The notes: generated from the sequence alone by a model not told the origin. A DNA stretch of 64,000 nt from Octopus bimaculoides (GCF_001194135.2 NC_068982.1:13698700-13762699); one strand, 5' to 3'. Counted from the first letter of the stretch, positions 12,120 through 24,892 are shown. Made by a program: numbers and translations.

Positions 12120-12580
12120 TCTCGCTTCTTTCTCTCATTGGACTGTGGCCATGCTGGGGCACTGCCTAGAAGAATTTTAGTCAAATGAATTGTCTCCAGT
12201 ATTTTTTTTTATGTTTGGTACTTCTTTCATCAGTCTCTTTTACCAAGCTGCTAAGTTACTGGAATGTAAACGCATCAAAACTGGGTGATGGGGTGCAAAG
12301 ACAAATAAACACACATGCACACATGCATACATGCACACACATGCATGCACATGCACACTCATACACACATGCATGCACACACACATATGCACATGCACAC
12401 ACACATGCATGTACACACGCATACATGCATATATGCTCAGCTTCTTTCAGTTTCCATCTACCAGCTACTAGGTCCATTCACAAGGTTTTGGTTAGTCTGA
12501 GGTTATAGTAGAAGACATTTGCCCAAGGTGCCACGCAGTGAGGCTGAAACTAGAGTCATGTTGTTGGGAAACAAGATTTT
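12120..12580 (-). mobile_element. Family A SINE, degenerate full length
   Basis: Reverse-complement tail at 12120-12190 and head at 12470-12580. Confidence 0.85.
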
Positions 12581-12637
12581 GGAAGTGTTTAGTAAAATAT
12601 CAATAACTTTATATATTGTTATATATTTAATGTTGGT

Positions 12638-13275
12638 ATCATCATCATCATCATCATTGTCGTCATCGTTTAATGTCTGCTTTCCATGCTGGCATGAGTT
12701 GGACGATTTGACTGAAGACTAGCAAGCCAGAAGGCTGCACCAGGCTCCAATCCGATCTGGCAGAGTTTCTATAGCTGGATGCTCTTCCAAATGCCAACCA
12801 CTCCGAGAGTGTAGTGGGTGCTTTTTATATGCCACCGGTACGAGGGCTGTCTAGTCATACTGGCATCGACCATTCTTGAATGGTACTTTTTATGTGCCAC
12901 CGGCATGGGAGCCAGTCAGGCAACACTGGCAATGACCATGCTCAAATGGTGCTTTTTATGTGCCACCTGCATGGGACCAGTCAGCCGGCACTGGCATCAA
13001 CCATGCTCAAATGGTGCTTTTTACATGTCACCAGCATGGGAGCCAGTCAGGTGGCACTGGCAATGACCACACTCAAATGGTGTTTTTTTATTAAGTGCCA
13101 CCGGCACTGGACCAGTTAGCCAGCACTGGCATCAACCATGCTCAAATGGTGCTGTTTACGAGCCACCTGTATGGAAGCCAGTCAGGCAGCACTAGCATTA
13201 ACCACACTTGAATGGTGCTCTTTATGTGCCACCGGCACAGGTGCCAATCAGGTGGTACTGTCATCAGCCATGACA
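12638..13275 (-). mobile_element. RTE-tail retroposon with internal ~65-bp tandem array (7 units)
   Basis: (ATC)n 3' end, CAGCTGGATGCTCTTCC..GCCAACCACTC tail; repeated GTGCTTTTTATGTGCCACCGGCA..ACTGGCA..ACCA..CTCAAATG units at ~12817-13270. Confidence 0.9.
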
Positions 13276-15775
13276 AGAATTTCACCGAGTGAAATCTTGT
13301 GTTATCATTCACGTTATAAAAAGATTTTGATTGAGATTTTAATTTAAATATGAACTCTTATTTGAAACAGATTCTGGTATAATGATGTTAAAAGGGTTCA
13401 CCGCTGTAATCCTTTAATGCTGTTTAGTGCAAACAGATTATATATGATGGTAGGGAAATGGGTCATTAGTTGATAGTGGAGGTTATATACATGAAAAAGA
13501 AAGACTTGAGAAGACATTATATGATTAAATCCTGAGAAATATGGGCTTTGCAACGAGATTAGACAGGATCAAGGTAAATAAAAGTATTATTATCAAATCT
13601 TTCCAGTTCCTGACAGCAACAATAAAAAAAAGTGGGTGTTGAAATAAAAATGACAACAAAGAAACAGCAAGTAATAAGTGGACATAAATGCAAATCTTAT
13701 GTTTAGCTACAATAAACATTTCTTAATCTTGTAAAGATCATCTGCTGATAAAAGCTATCAAGGCAAAGCCACAAAATATTACACAATATTTCAATATACA
13801 GTACACATTATTAGCAACTATCTTTTTCCGTTTAATATTTTGTCTTTCATTTCTATTTAACAGTCATTCTTGGCTAAGTAATATTCCAAGTGAATATATT
13901 CCAACCCTATTAATGTATCTGTCAAAGAAATTTTATTTATTGCCAAAAAAATCAACAAGAAAAAAAACTGTTGTGTAAAGTATATCAGAGAATGTATCTC
14001 TGCAATTATAGCATGTTTTTATTGCTTCTTTTGGGTCTGAAATAATATGAAGGATTAATTTGATAGAGATAAAATATCATAAATGGTATCAATTTCAGTT
14101 TCCATCATTTCCCAAATGACTAGAAACTAATATGAAATTACTTTCATATGTAGTGATGGCTGAATATCTTTCTTCACGTGTTTCATGTTGAAATTCTTAA
14201 ATTATTGATACTATAAATCCAAACCCGAATTAGTCACAGTGAGAAAGTAATAAATATTAACACTGGTTGTAATAAAAAGTTTATAGTAAATTCAGCGGAA
14301 ATATCTCATTTCAGAAATAACGACAAATAAAATATAGATTAAATATTTGTCACTTTTCTTGGAAATCCTTATTATTCTGTAGCAAAGATTTTATGGTTTC
14401 TTTGCATGCAATAGGTACTTCACACCTACTGAAGATATTGACAGTAGACTTTTATAAAGTAAAGTATCAGCATCATCACAAATTGAGATTTTATGATAAT
14501 ATCATTCATTGTATGTTCTTATTTGCTTTAACTGTTACATTTTATGTGGCACCAATGGCTAAGTCAAATGTACTTTTAATCAGACACTTTCATAATGAAC
14601 ACCATAATATGTTTGCGACCAAAACACAAACATATTTATAAACTGAAACTTACCTGACTTCATCAATTATTTACTGTTAATCTACTATATTAGTGCACTT
14701 AAAAATCAATATTCTTGTATATATTTTCCTCTAATACATTATCCTCTCAAGTTTGCTGGTGCTAAGTTTTATGATCAATTTGTTCTACTTAGCTATTATT
14801 GTAAGTGCTGATCTCTCAAAAGAAACTATTTTTCTGAAAATCTTACAACCAAGTAAACACTTGTAATAAAATAGAAAGCTACAGAGAAATAAGTAAATCA
14901 TTTTATTGCCAAGTATAATTTATTATAATATCTGAATTGATAATGTCAAATACCTACAGCAAAAACAAATTGTGAGTGAAAACAACTGAGTTATTATAGT
15001 TCACTGGTAATTGTATTTCACTCAACTGTATGAGGCTTGGCATCCATTTTACTCTATATTCAGAGTAAATAACACAAATATCATTCAGGTTTTAAGCATT
15101 GAGTAATAAAATAGTTTATAGACAAAAGATATTTATGTTGTTAACTCAATAATTTCTACTATGAATGCTGCCACTACTAATATCATAACCAACTTTATCA
15201 CTACCAGTGCCATTGTCTAAAATTTACATTCAGCGAACCACCACTGGAAGTAACAGTAAAATTTGTGATCCAATGAAAGATCTTCTGTGTGGTTGGTCAA
15301 CCATCAAAATGGCTTTACATCTTAAAGAAACATGAATTTAGATGTCTATACACTGATTGTATCCACATAAATCATCTTTAATGCAGACACCACCAAAGCC
15401 TACTATCATTCGGGGAAATAGTGAATAACGGAATAAACTTTACGTGCCCTGAGTGCTACTTTGAATTTCATATAACTAAATATTACAGAGCAGAATGTAT
15501 AATGTGATCCATTAACAGATTCAAGTTTGGTATATCAAAAACACAATAAAGGTGTGATTGTGGTAGTCATCATCATAAAATTATTTACCTCCATGTCATG
15601 TATCTGCTTGAGAAGAGCTAACTATAGCTAATCAAGAACAACAACAGCATCAAGCCTACCGATTCAAAAATAATATACTGCATTTGTTGGTGAGTAAGTC
15701 ACTGGAAGGAATTAGACAACACCCAGAATTTTCTAGGTATTTTAGCCATACTAACGGTATAAGATTATTTGACAA

Positions 15776-16210
15776 TACAATCTTTTAATCGGAAACCTAA
15801 AATCCGAAAAGCCCTCAAATGGAATATTTTTTGTGGGGGCCAGAGCATGTCATAACAGAAGTCATTTAGTGTGCAAACAGCTGACCACCATGATTCGACT
15901 CACTCAGGAATGGCATGGCAATGTCTGGCAGGTTGGCAACCACTTACTGCCAAGCATCAGATGTGACTCAACAGTTGTAGACAGAAGATGTCCATTTGTT
16001 GTTTGCTGTCTTCATGTTGTTTCTTGTGACTTTGTATATAATTTACCCTGAAAATGTCAAAAAGAACTGCAGATACCCCAATGGATAACAATGAGGAAGC
16101 GAAAAGGAAACATTTATCATTATCAATAATGTAGAAAGTGGTATTGCTGCAGAAATTTGATCATGATGTGTCTGTGCAATGGTTCACTAAAGAATATGGT
16201 GTTGGATCTA
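15776..16210 (+). mobile_element. pogo/Tigger-family transposon remnant (N-terminal HTH of transposase)
   Basis: 16054-16206 translates MSKRTADTPMDNNEEAKRKHLSLSIM*KVVLLQKFDHDVSVQWFTKEYGVG, a CENP-B/Tigger HTH; subterminal AAATCCGAAA motifs near 15790-15810. Confidence 0.8.
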
Positions 16211-16469
16211 AAAGATTTCAAGTTTGGTTTTGGTCCAACGTATGAGAATTTTTCACAAGATAGATGCCTGTATTTTGAGCATGTTCTATTACATTCAAAA
16301 CCAAAGCCAAACGGAGATGTGAGTTCGAGTCCCACAGCTAACCATCTACACTTTTTTCTGCAAAATAGGGGTAGTATATCCTGTTCAGGCTATATCATTA
16401 GCATTATCCTGCGATTGAGAATTTAAAAATCACTTCTTTAACTTCATAATAATGATGATATTTCAATAG

Positions 16470-16765
16470 TCGGTTCATGCTGTAAGGTCGTGAGTTCAAT
16501 TCCAGAATTATACATTGTGTCCTTGAACAAGACTCTCTATTTCACATTGCACCAGTCCACTCAGCTGGCAAAAATAAGATGTATCTATAAGTAAAAGGAC
16601 CAGCCTTGTCACATTCTGTATCATTCTAAATCTCCATGAGAATTACATTGAGGGTAAATGTGTCTGCAGAGTGCTCAGCCATTTTCACATTAATTTCAGA
16701 AGCAGGCTGTTCCATTAATCAGATCAACTGGAACATTTACCGTTATAACCAACAGAGTGCCAGTT
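16470..16765 (+). mobile_element. SINE with family C-like head/core and a different tail
   Basis: GAGTTCAATTCC B-box, GTGTCCTTGAACAAGAC..CCAGTCCACTCAGCTG core. Confidence 0.7.
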
Positions 16766-16997
16766 AGGGTCATGAGATTGTATGAGCGATAACTGCACCA
16801 AAAGTTAAGTTTGTGTTAATGTTGTGAATATATCATGTGACAGTACAAGCAACAGGCTGTCAGAAAAGCAGCAACAGGGAGACAAAAATTAACTGTTTGT
16901 AAGCAAATGCCCATGCATTATATACCTGTAAGTATGTGTGTATATGCTATCTATGTGTTTGTTGTGTTTGCATAATAATAATAATAATAATAATAAT

Positions 16998-17155
16998 GAT
17001 ACTGGGCTCTGCACACATCCTATGCAAAACACTTTCAATACAGTAACCATAAGAGCATCACAGCAAACCACAGCACATTCCCAAGGCACACTGAGCTGCT
17101 CTCTGTAATGAAGTGAAAGCACGCCATAAAAAAATAAAACGACTGAATAAAACTA

Positions 17156-17160
<5 letters not shown>
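16998..17160 (+). mobile_element. Extreme 3' end of an R4/Dong-type RLE non-LTR retrotransposon inside a (TAA)n tract
   Basis: 16999-17046 encodes ILGSAHILCKTLSIQ* (LLGTAHILRKxL-type RLE C-terminus), then a short 3' UTR; (TAA)n on both sides. Confidence 0.75.
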
Positions 17161-17215
<55 letters not shown>

Positions 17216-17352
17216 CAGAGTTTTTGAAGCATGACCAGTAAACAAGTGTCACCTTAGTCTGCTGGCTGTNNNNNNNNNNTCTGCTGGCTGTGGACAGCTG
17301 ACACATTCCATCATACCCAGCAAAATATGCTGTGAGTTTTCATATGACAATA

Positions 17353-17387
<35 letters not shown>

Positions 17388-18096
17388 ATGTGCTGCTCTC
17401 TCACTCAATAATAATAATGATGATAATAATGATAGTACAACATCAAGGGGATTTAGATGTTAGTGAGTAAATCTTTTCAGTGTGTTGTTTTAGATTATCT
17501 AGTTACAGTTTATATATATTTTTTTAAAATATCTTATTTTCTATATTCTGTTGCGGTTTTGTTAAAGCAAAGGTAAAGTAGAAAGATTTAGAATTTTGTG
17601 GATACAGTTTGATTGTGGGGAAGGAAGATGGTGACAAAGACAGACGTAGAATTTAATTTGCTCTCCATGATGTCTGCCTATCAGAATCATGTGCCTACTT
17701 CATTTTTCTACTTGTTTTGCAAGATTGTTGATATGAGATTATCTAATGAAACAGTTGTTATACCTGAAGAGGGTCACTTTGTCAATAAAAATTAACTGGA
17801 TTGCACTTGTTTGCATTATTTTAATTATAATTATAATTAAAATGGCAGACATGTTAGAGTATTGGGGAAAATTGCTTTGTGGTATTTTTTTCAACTCCTA
17901 ATGTTTTGAGTTCAAATTCTACCAAAACCATTTTTGCGTTTCAACTTGATAAAATAAGTTGAATTTAAGTACAGCAATTGAGTTCTCCCCGTTTGTGGAA
18001 TTAATCTTTAACAGCCTTAAGTCAGCCCCAAAAAGGATGTTTCCCATACAACTGTAACTAAATCTTATGATGTTTTTATTAAACACCATGCATGTA

Positions 18097-18420
18097 TATC
18101 ATCATCGTTTACTGTCCGCTTTCCATGCTAGCATGGGTTGGACGATTTGACTGAGGTCTGGGGAACCAGATGGCTACACCAGGCTCCAATCTGATCTGGC
18201 AGAGTTTCTACAGCTGTATACCCTTCCTAACGCCAACCACTCCAAGAGTGTAGTAGGTGTTTTTACGTGCCACCGGCACGAAGGCCAGTCATGCAGTACT
18301 GGCAACGCCTACGCTCAAAATGGTGTTTTTTACATGCCACCTGCACAGGAGCCAGTCCAGTGGCACTGGCAACAACTTTGCTTGAATGATATTCTAACAT
18401 GCCACCGACACAAGTGCTAA
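18097..18420 (-). mobile_element. RTE-tail retroposon with ~3 satellite units
   Basis: Same tail and units as 12638-13275. Confidence 0.9.
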
Positions 18421-18693
18421 TACATACATACTTATATACACACACACACATACACACATGTGTGCATGCATACACAGACAAACACACACATACATGCATA
18501 TATTTATTCAAAAAATTCTAGTTATTTGTCTACAGCTATAAAAAATCTAGTAATATTAGTAGAAAAAAAAATCGAATATCTTTTCAAAACATATATTTAC
18601 TCTTCGTTATATTATTATAAAGTTGTTCTAAGAAAAATTTGATTTAAGTTGAAATCTTTAGAATAAAAGAGAAAAGATAAATTATCTCCTTAC

Positions 18694-18737
18694 CTCAGAA
18701 TCTTTTGCAGAAATGTAACATCTAACATCGAAATTTT
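18694..18737 (-). CDS. Candidate exon (xNFDVRCYISAKDSE or KISMLDVTFLQKIL)
   Basis: Strong donor GAG|GTAAGG, acceptor CAACACTAG. Confidence 0.3.
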
Positions 18738-19050
18738 CTAGTGTTGATCGAGAAGATTATTTTCAATAACTTCACACAACACATGCTGTTTAATAAACAC
18801 ACCATAAGATTTAGTTACAGTTGTGTGGGAAACATACTTTCTGGAGATGGCTCAAGGCTATTAAAGATTAATTCCACAAATAGGAAGAAATCAATTCTCC
18901 AGCAGCACAATGTACTCTTCTTTCATTGAAAAGTGCACCACAAAATCAGTAATGGGCAAAAACAGAGTATTGTTAAAAGATATCTTTAAGAATTATTATA
19001 CAACATCACAGAAAAACCTTCTTAAGAACAGACACAGTTAACATACTCAC

Positions 19051-19109
19051 TCTTGAAATGGAAACAAAAGAAATTTCACATTATTATCTGACTTCATTTT
19101 TATGTAGTC
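19051..19109 (-). CDS. Candidate exon (DYIKMKSDNNVKFLLFPFQ)
   Basis: Pyrimidine-rich acceptor ..TTCTCAAAAG, donor GTGAGT, one open frame. Confidence 0.25.
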
Positions 19110-19189
19110 CTTTTGAGAAAGTCAACAAAAGACAAGAGTCAGTATCAAAGTGTAAACACAAGAGAAAATATTTTTTGAAGGAGCACTTC

Positions 19190-19470
19190 ATCACCACCAC
19201 CTCCACCATCACCACCACCACCATCGTCATCATCATCATCATCATTTAATGTCCATTTTTCATGTTGGCATGGCTTTGACAGTTTGACAGGAGCTGACAA
19301 GGCCAAGAGTCATACAAGGCTGCATTGTCTGTTGTGGTATGATTTCTACAGCTAAATGCACTTTCTAACATGAAACATTTTACAGTGTTCTAGATGCTTT
19401 TTATGTGGCATCAAGAACCATGCTTTTTGCATGGCATCGGCACCAATACATTTTATGTGGCACCATTGCC
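19190..19470 (-). mobile_element. Old RTE-tail retroposon copy
   Basis: (ATC/ACC)n followed by degenerate TTTCCATG..TTTCTACAGCT tail. Confidence 0.7.
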
Positions 19471-19539
19471 AGCAGAATCAACAAGTATCTTGTAAGACAT
19501 AAACAGAGGGGAAAATACTCTCAACTGGGATGGGCAAGT

Positions 19540-20465
19540 AGTATTGCATGGGGGTGGCTTTTGACAGTCGTGACATTAAAGGTATAGAGGGACAGAGGTA
19601 GGTGTCTTGCTATAGATACATGGAACTAGCAGAGAAGCTGAGATTTCGTCATCCACCCATTCATCAACACCTGCATGCCATCAGAAAAGTCAGCAAATTG
19701 AGTCAGTGGGTTCCTCATAAACTTTCCAAGTATAACCGCATGCAGAGAGGGAATGTGTGCTCTTCTTTGAGGTCACATCTCACAAATCAACCTTTTTTGG
19801 ACCAAATAGTGACTGATGATGAGAATTAGGTTCTCTATAAAAATGCCAAGCACCGAACACAGATGGTAGGAAAAGTAGAAACACTGGCAGACCAGGCTAA
19901 AGAAGATCTTCACTCATGTAAGATCTGTTTGGTGGGATATGAAGTGTTTAGTCCACTTTGAACTTTTAAACCCAAACCAAACAATAACAAAGGAGATCTA
20001 CTGCGAGCAACTTGAGCAGCTTAAGTCAGCACTAGAAGAAAAACAACCATCTTTGCTTTCAAGACGAAAGGTGTTCTTCCATCAGGATAATGATCGGACA
20101 CATACAATGAGAATGACATTCCAAAGGCTGGAACAGTTTGAATGGGAAACGATGCTTCACCCACTGTATTCTCTGGGCGTTGCCCCATCTGATTGTCATT
20201 TGTTTTGCAGTCTTCAAAATCATTTGGACAAGAAAATATATGAATTCTGTAGACGAAGTGAGAACAGTACTGGAGAAGTATTTTTTGACAAGGAGAAGTG
20301 AATTTTGGAAGAGAGGCCTTGGATTGGAAGTCAACCACATAGATGGAAGAGCATTCAAGAAAATGAAGGAGAGTATATTTTAGATTAGAAAATTACTTTG
20401 TTTATCTTAATTTTGAAATATAAAAGAAGTATAAAAAAAACACGTTATTTATGGGATGACCTAAT
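19540..20465 (+). mobile_element. Degenerate mariner (DD34D) transposon, 5'-truncated, with 3' TIR
   Basis: WVPHKL, IVTDDEN, HQDNDRTH, HPLYSLGVAPSDCHLF motifs; ends TTATTTATGGGATGACCTAATA. Confidence 0.92.
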
Positions 20466-20934
20466 ATATATATATACTTCTAATGTAAGGATAAAATTTT
20501 ATTAAAAAATTTCATCAGTAGCCAGTATATGAAAAATATATTTTAAGGTGAAAATTATAAATACAATTATAAATGAAGACAAAAAGAAAAAATTATCTTT
20601 GTCAATAAAATGAAAAATAGACACTGAATCGTTGAACGACATAAAATATTTTCACTTGCATTCGTACACCATGTGCCGCAAAAAAGGAAAGCAAGCTAAC
20701 AGAAATTCATAAAAATATAGTTATCACCGAATTGGTTCTGATTTCTAGATTAATCCAAAATAGGATTTTTATCTTTATGAATTTCTATTACCTTGCATTC
20801 CGTGTTTCAGCATGTAGTGTAATAATATAAGTGAAATTATTTTATGTGGTTAGATGATTTAGCGTCTACTTTTCAGCATCTTGGTAAAGAGAATTTCTTG
20901 TTTTTACCATTATTTATAATTGTGTATATAACCC

Positions 20935-21512
20935 TGGACTGGCTCAGGTGCGGGCGACACACGAAATCTTTTTTTTTTTTGTGCGGGTGGCACATGAAAT
21001 GCACCATTTTGAGCGTGGCCGTTGCCAGTACCACCTGTCTGGCCTTCGTGCGGGTGACACGTAAAAGCACCCACTACACTCTCTGAGAGGTTGGCGTTAG
21101 GAAGGGCATCCAGCTGTAGAAACTCTGCCAAATCAGATTGGAGCCTGGTGTAGCCTTCTGGTTTCACCAGTCCTCAGTCAAATCGTCCAACCCATGCTAG
21201 CATGGAAAGCGGACGTTAAACGACGACGACGATACACGCCTTACTGACACTTGTGCCAGTGGCACGTGGAAAAACATTCAAGCGAGGTTGTTGCCAGTGC
21301 CACTGGACTGGCTCCTGTGCAGGTGGCATGTAAAAAACACCACTTGAGCATGGCCATTGCCAGTACCAACTGACTGGCTCTCGTATCGGTGGCATGTAAA
21401 AGCACCTACTATATTCTCAAAGTGGTTGGCATTAGGAAGGGCATCCAGTTGTAGAAACTCTGCCAGATCAGATTGGAGCCTTGTGCAGCCATCTGGCTCA
21501 CCAGTCCTCATG
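20935..21512 (+). mobile_element. Two tandem RTE-tail retroposon copies
   Basis: Two GGTTGGCGTTAGGAAGGGCATCCAGCTGTAGAAACTCTGCC tails; first ends in (GAC/GAT)n at ~21230. Confidence 0.9.
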
Positions 21513-22038
21513 GAATGCAACCTTTGAAGCCAATCCTTGAAAACAGATTCACTGTGTATTTATTCTGGTAGTTTTGACTTTAAGAGTCCCTCATAGCGTG
21601 AGGCATTTATGTGTAGGAATGCCCTTAATATAAATTAAAATATTACTATGTATGTGTATATATGTGTGTATGTGAGCATATATGTATTTGTGTATGTGCA
21701 TTTGTGTGTGTGCTTGTATGTGCGTGTGTGTGTTTTGAAATTGAATGCTACAATTTTACTCCAAGTTTCTCACCAGTAATGTGCCTGAAGGCAACTACAA
21801 GTATATAATTTGATGTGAATAAACATCAAAGGGCTTCAAACATCAATCTCGGTTGCACTAATTTAATTAGTTTTTGTTGTTGTTTGTTTGGTTTCTTTTT
21901 TGTTTGTTTTGCTTTTGCACATTATGTGATTTGATCTCTTCAGTCATGTGTGATATAAAACTGCTTGACAATTTACACAACCAATCGACTCACTCTCCCT
22001 TCAACCCTGTCCTCCACCAACACCACCACCTATCTCTT

Positions 22039-22069
<31 letters not shown>

Positions 22070-22091
22070 TTTTATCAGCAACAATTCTTAC

Positions 22092-22121
22092 CTGAATAAT
22101 TTCTCTTAGTGTCAGACGCAG
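22092..22121 (-). CDS. Candidate 30-nt exon (LRLTLREIIQ or xASDTKRNYS)
   Basis: Acceptor CATTTTCAG, strong donor CAG|GTAAGA. Confidence 0.35.
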
Positions 22122-22250
22122 CTGAAAATGTTTTGTACTTTGCTCAAGGAGTCACACCTTACCCTATTCAGCCACTGCAGTTTTTTTTAGACAATACTAA
22201 TTGTGTTATAGTTGCCGAACAATTGATACAGTAACAGAGAGAGAAAGAAT

Positions 22251-22301
<51 letters not shown>

Positions 22302-22544
22302 AAGAGAGAAATAAGCCAATTATAGTATAATATTAGTTTTAGGAACTAAGCAGAAATTAAGTATTTACAGGCTGAAGAAATATAAAATAAAACATTAATT
22401 TCTACTTAAATGTGTGTGTGTGTGTATACACACACACAAATATATATATACACACATATATACATGTATATACACATACATGTACATATAGAGATATAGA
22501 TATAGCTAGATAGATAGATAGATATAGCTATAGATAGATATATA

Positions 22545-22737
22545 CGTGCGGGTGACACGTAAAAGCACCCACTACACTCTCTGAGTGGTTGGCGTTAGGA
22601 AGGACATCCAGCTGTAGAAACTCTGCCAAATTAGACTGGAGCCTGGTGTTGCCATCCGGTTTCACCAGTCCTCAGTCAAATCGTCCAACCCATGCTAGCA
22701 TGGAAAGCGGACGTTAAACGATGATGATGATGATGAT
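22545..22737 (+). mobile_element. RTE-tail retroposon, young 5'-truncated copy ending (GAT)n
   Basis: Near-identical to 21050-21230. Confidence 0.92.
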
Positions 22738-22794
22738 ATATTTATATCTATCTATCAATCAGTTTATCAGTGTATGTATGTATATAATATATGT

Positions 22795-23185
22795 ATACTC
22801 TTTTACTCTTTTACTTGTTTCAGTCATTTGACTGTGGCCATGCTGGAGCACCGCTTTTAGTCAAGCAAATCGCCCCCATGACTTATTCTTTGGAAGCCTA
22901 GTACCTATTCTATCGGTCTCTTTTGCCGAACTGCTAAGTTACAGGGACGTAAACACACCAGCATCGGTTGTCAAGCGATGTTGGGGGGACAAACACAGAC
23001 ACACAAACATATACACACACATACATACATATATACGATGGGCTTCTTTCAGTTTCCGTCTACCAAATCTACTCACAAGGCTTTGGTCAGCCCGACTCTA
23101 TAGTAGAAGACACTTGCCCAAGGTGCCACGCAGTGGGACTGAACTCGGAACCATGTGGTTGGTAAGCAAGCTACTTACCACACAG
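22795..23185 (-). mobile_element. Family A SINE
   Basis: Full tail and head, runs into gap. Confidence 0.92.
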
Positions 23186-23533
23186 NNNNNNNNNNNNNNN
23201 NNNNNNNNNNNNNNNNNNNNNNNNNNNNNNNNNNNNNNNNNNNNNNNNNNNNNNNNNNNNNNNNNNNNNNNNNNNNNNNNNNNNNNNNNNNNNNNNNNNN
23301 NNNNNNNNNNNNNNNNNNNNNNNNNNNNNNNNNNNNNNNNNNNNNNNNNNNNNNNNNNNNNNNNNNNNNNNNNNNNNNNNNNNNNNNNNNNNNNNNNNNN
23401 NNNNNNNNNNNNNNNNNNNNNNNNNNNNNNNNNNNNNNNNNNNNNNNNNNNNNNNNNNNNNNNNNNNNNNNNNNNNNNNNNNNNNNNNNNNNNNNNNNNN
23501 NNNNNNNNNNNNNNNNNNNNNNNNNNNNNNNNN

Positions 23534-23624
<91 letters not shown>

Positions 23625-23789
23625 TATAAAAACATATACATATACATACATACTATATATAAATATGTTTTGCTGACACTTATGAAATGACAACTGGTGC
23701 AAAAACTTCTCATGCTTCATTGCATGTATGTGAATATTTTCTAAGAGGGGCTATCCGATTCCATTTCAGCCTCACTATTATTTACTTAC

Positions 23790-23810
23790 GTATTTTCTGT
23801 AGGGATTCAA
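23790..23810 (-). CDS. Candidate 21-nt microexon
   Basis: Donor GTAAGT, acceptor with CTGAC branch-like motif upstream. Confidence 0.25.
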
Positions 23811-24467
23811 CTTTTAATAATATAGTCAGAAGATGAAAGACCCCATTTTTCTATCTTTTTTTTCTATGCTATGTGAATTTCTAATTCTCCTGACTTGTCC
23901 TGATATGTCATCAGCTCGATTGACTGTTTTACAGATCAGTAACTCATAACTTAGTAGTTCATACCAGATATACTAGTATATATACTTTGTGTGTGTGTGT
24001 GTTTGGAGAAACCATGGTGACTAACTGGTAAATAGGTCTGTTGTCATATTTGTTTAAAATTTAATGGTTAGAATATTCAACTCAGTACACACACACATAC
24101 ATGCACACGCACATACACATGTGCACACACACACACACACACTTATAAATAAATGAACTGTTGTTTTGATTAGTATCGGTGCAAAACCCAGGTCTTCCAT
24201 AATTAACCCCATCATATGTACTGGCTATGATGTAATTTTCCTTAACAATGATATGTGTGTGAGTGTGTGTGTTTGTTTGTGTGTATGCATTCAGTCACCT
24301 ATGCCTGAGGAGCTAAGTCTGAGTGATGAGCCTATGAAACTTGAAGCTGCATGAAGTTAAATCCAACTGTTATTGAATACTAATATATATAACTCCTACC
24401 AAGTGTGCTGTGTGCCTCTTTCTTTCATTTCTCCACTCACTCATATGTATATAAATCTCTCTCTGCC

Positions 24468-24892
24468 AGGTGTAGGAGTGGTTGTGTGGTAAGTAACTTG
24501 CTTACCAACCACATGGTTCCAGGTTCAGTCCCACTGCGTGGCACCTTGGGCAAGTGTCTTCTACTATAGCCTTGGGCCGACCAAAGCCTTGTGAGTGGAT
24601 TTGGTAGACAGAAACTGAAAGAAGCCCATCCTATATATGTATATATATATATATGTTTATATGTGTGTGTGTGTGTGTGTGTGTATGTGTTCGTGTATCT
24701 GTGTTTGTCCCCCCATCATCGCTTGATGACCAATGCTGGTGTGTTTATGTCCCTGTAACTTAGCGGTTCAGCAAAAGAGCTGATAGAATAAGTACTAGGC
24801 TTACAAAGAATAAGTCCTGGGGTCGATTTGCTCGACTAAAAGCGGTGCTCCAGCATGGCCGCAGTCAAATGACTGAAACAATTAAAAGAGTA
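24468..24892 (+). mobile_element. Family A SINE, full length
   Basis: GTAGGAGTGGTTGTGTGGTAAG head to AAAAGAG tail. Confidence 0.95.

Noticed and set aside
12817-13270. CRISPR-like periodic palindromic array
   Set aside because: Eukaryotic context, whole units are homologous with no unique spacers, no cas genes; it is a satellite inside a retroposon
14652-14830. Strong minus-strand donor CAG|GTAAGT at ~14651
   Set aside because: All three frames close within a few codons upstream; no coherent coding exon
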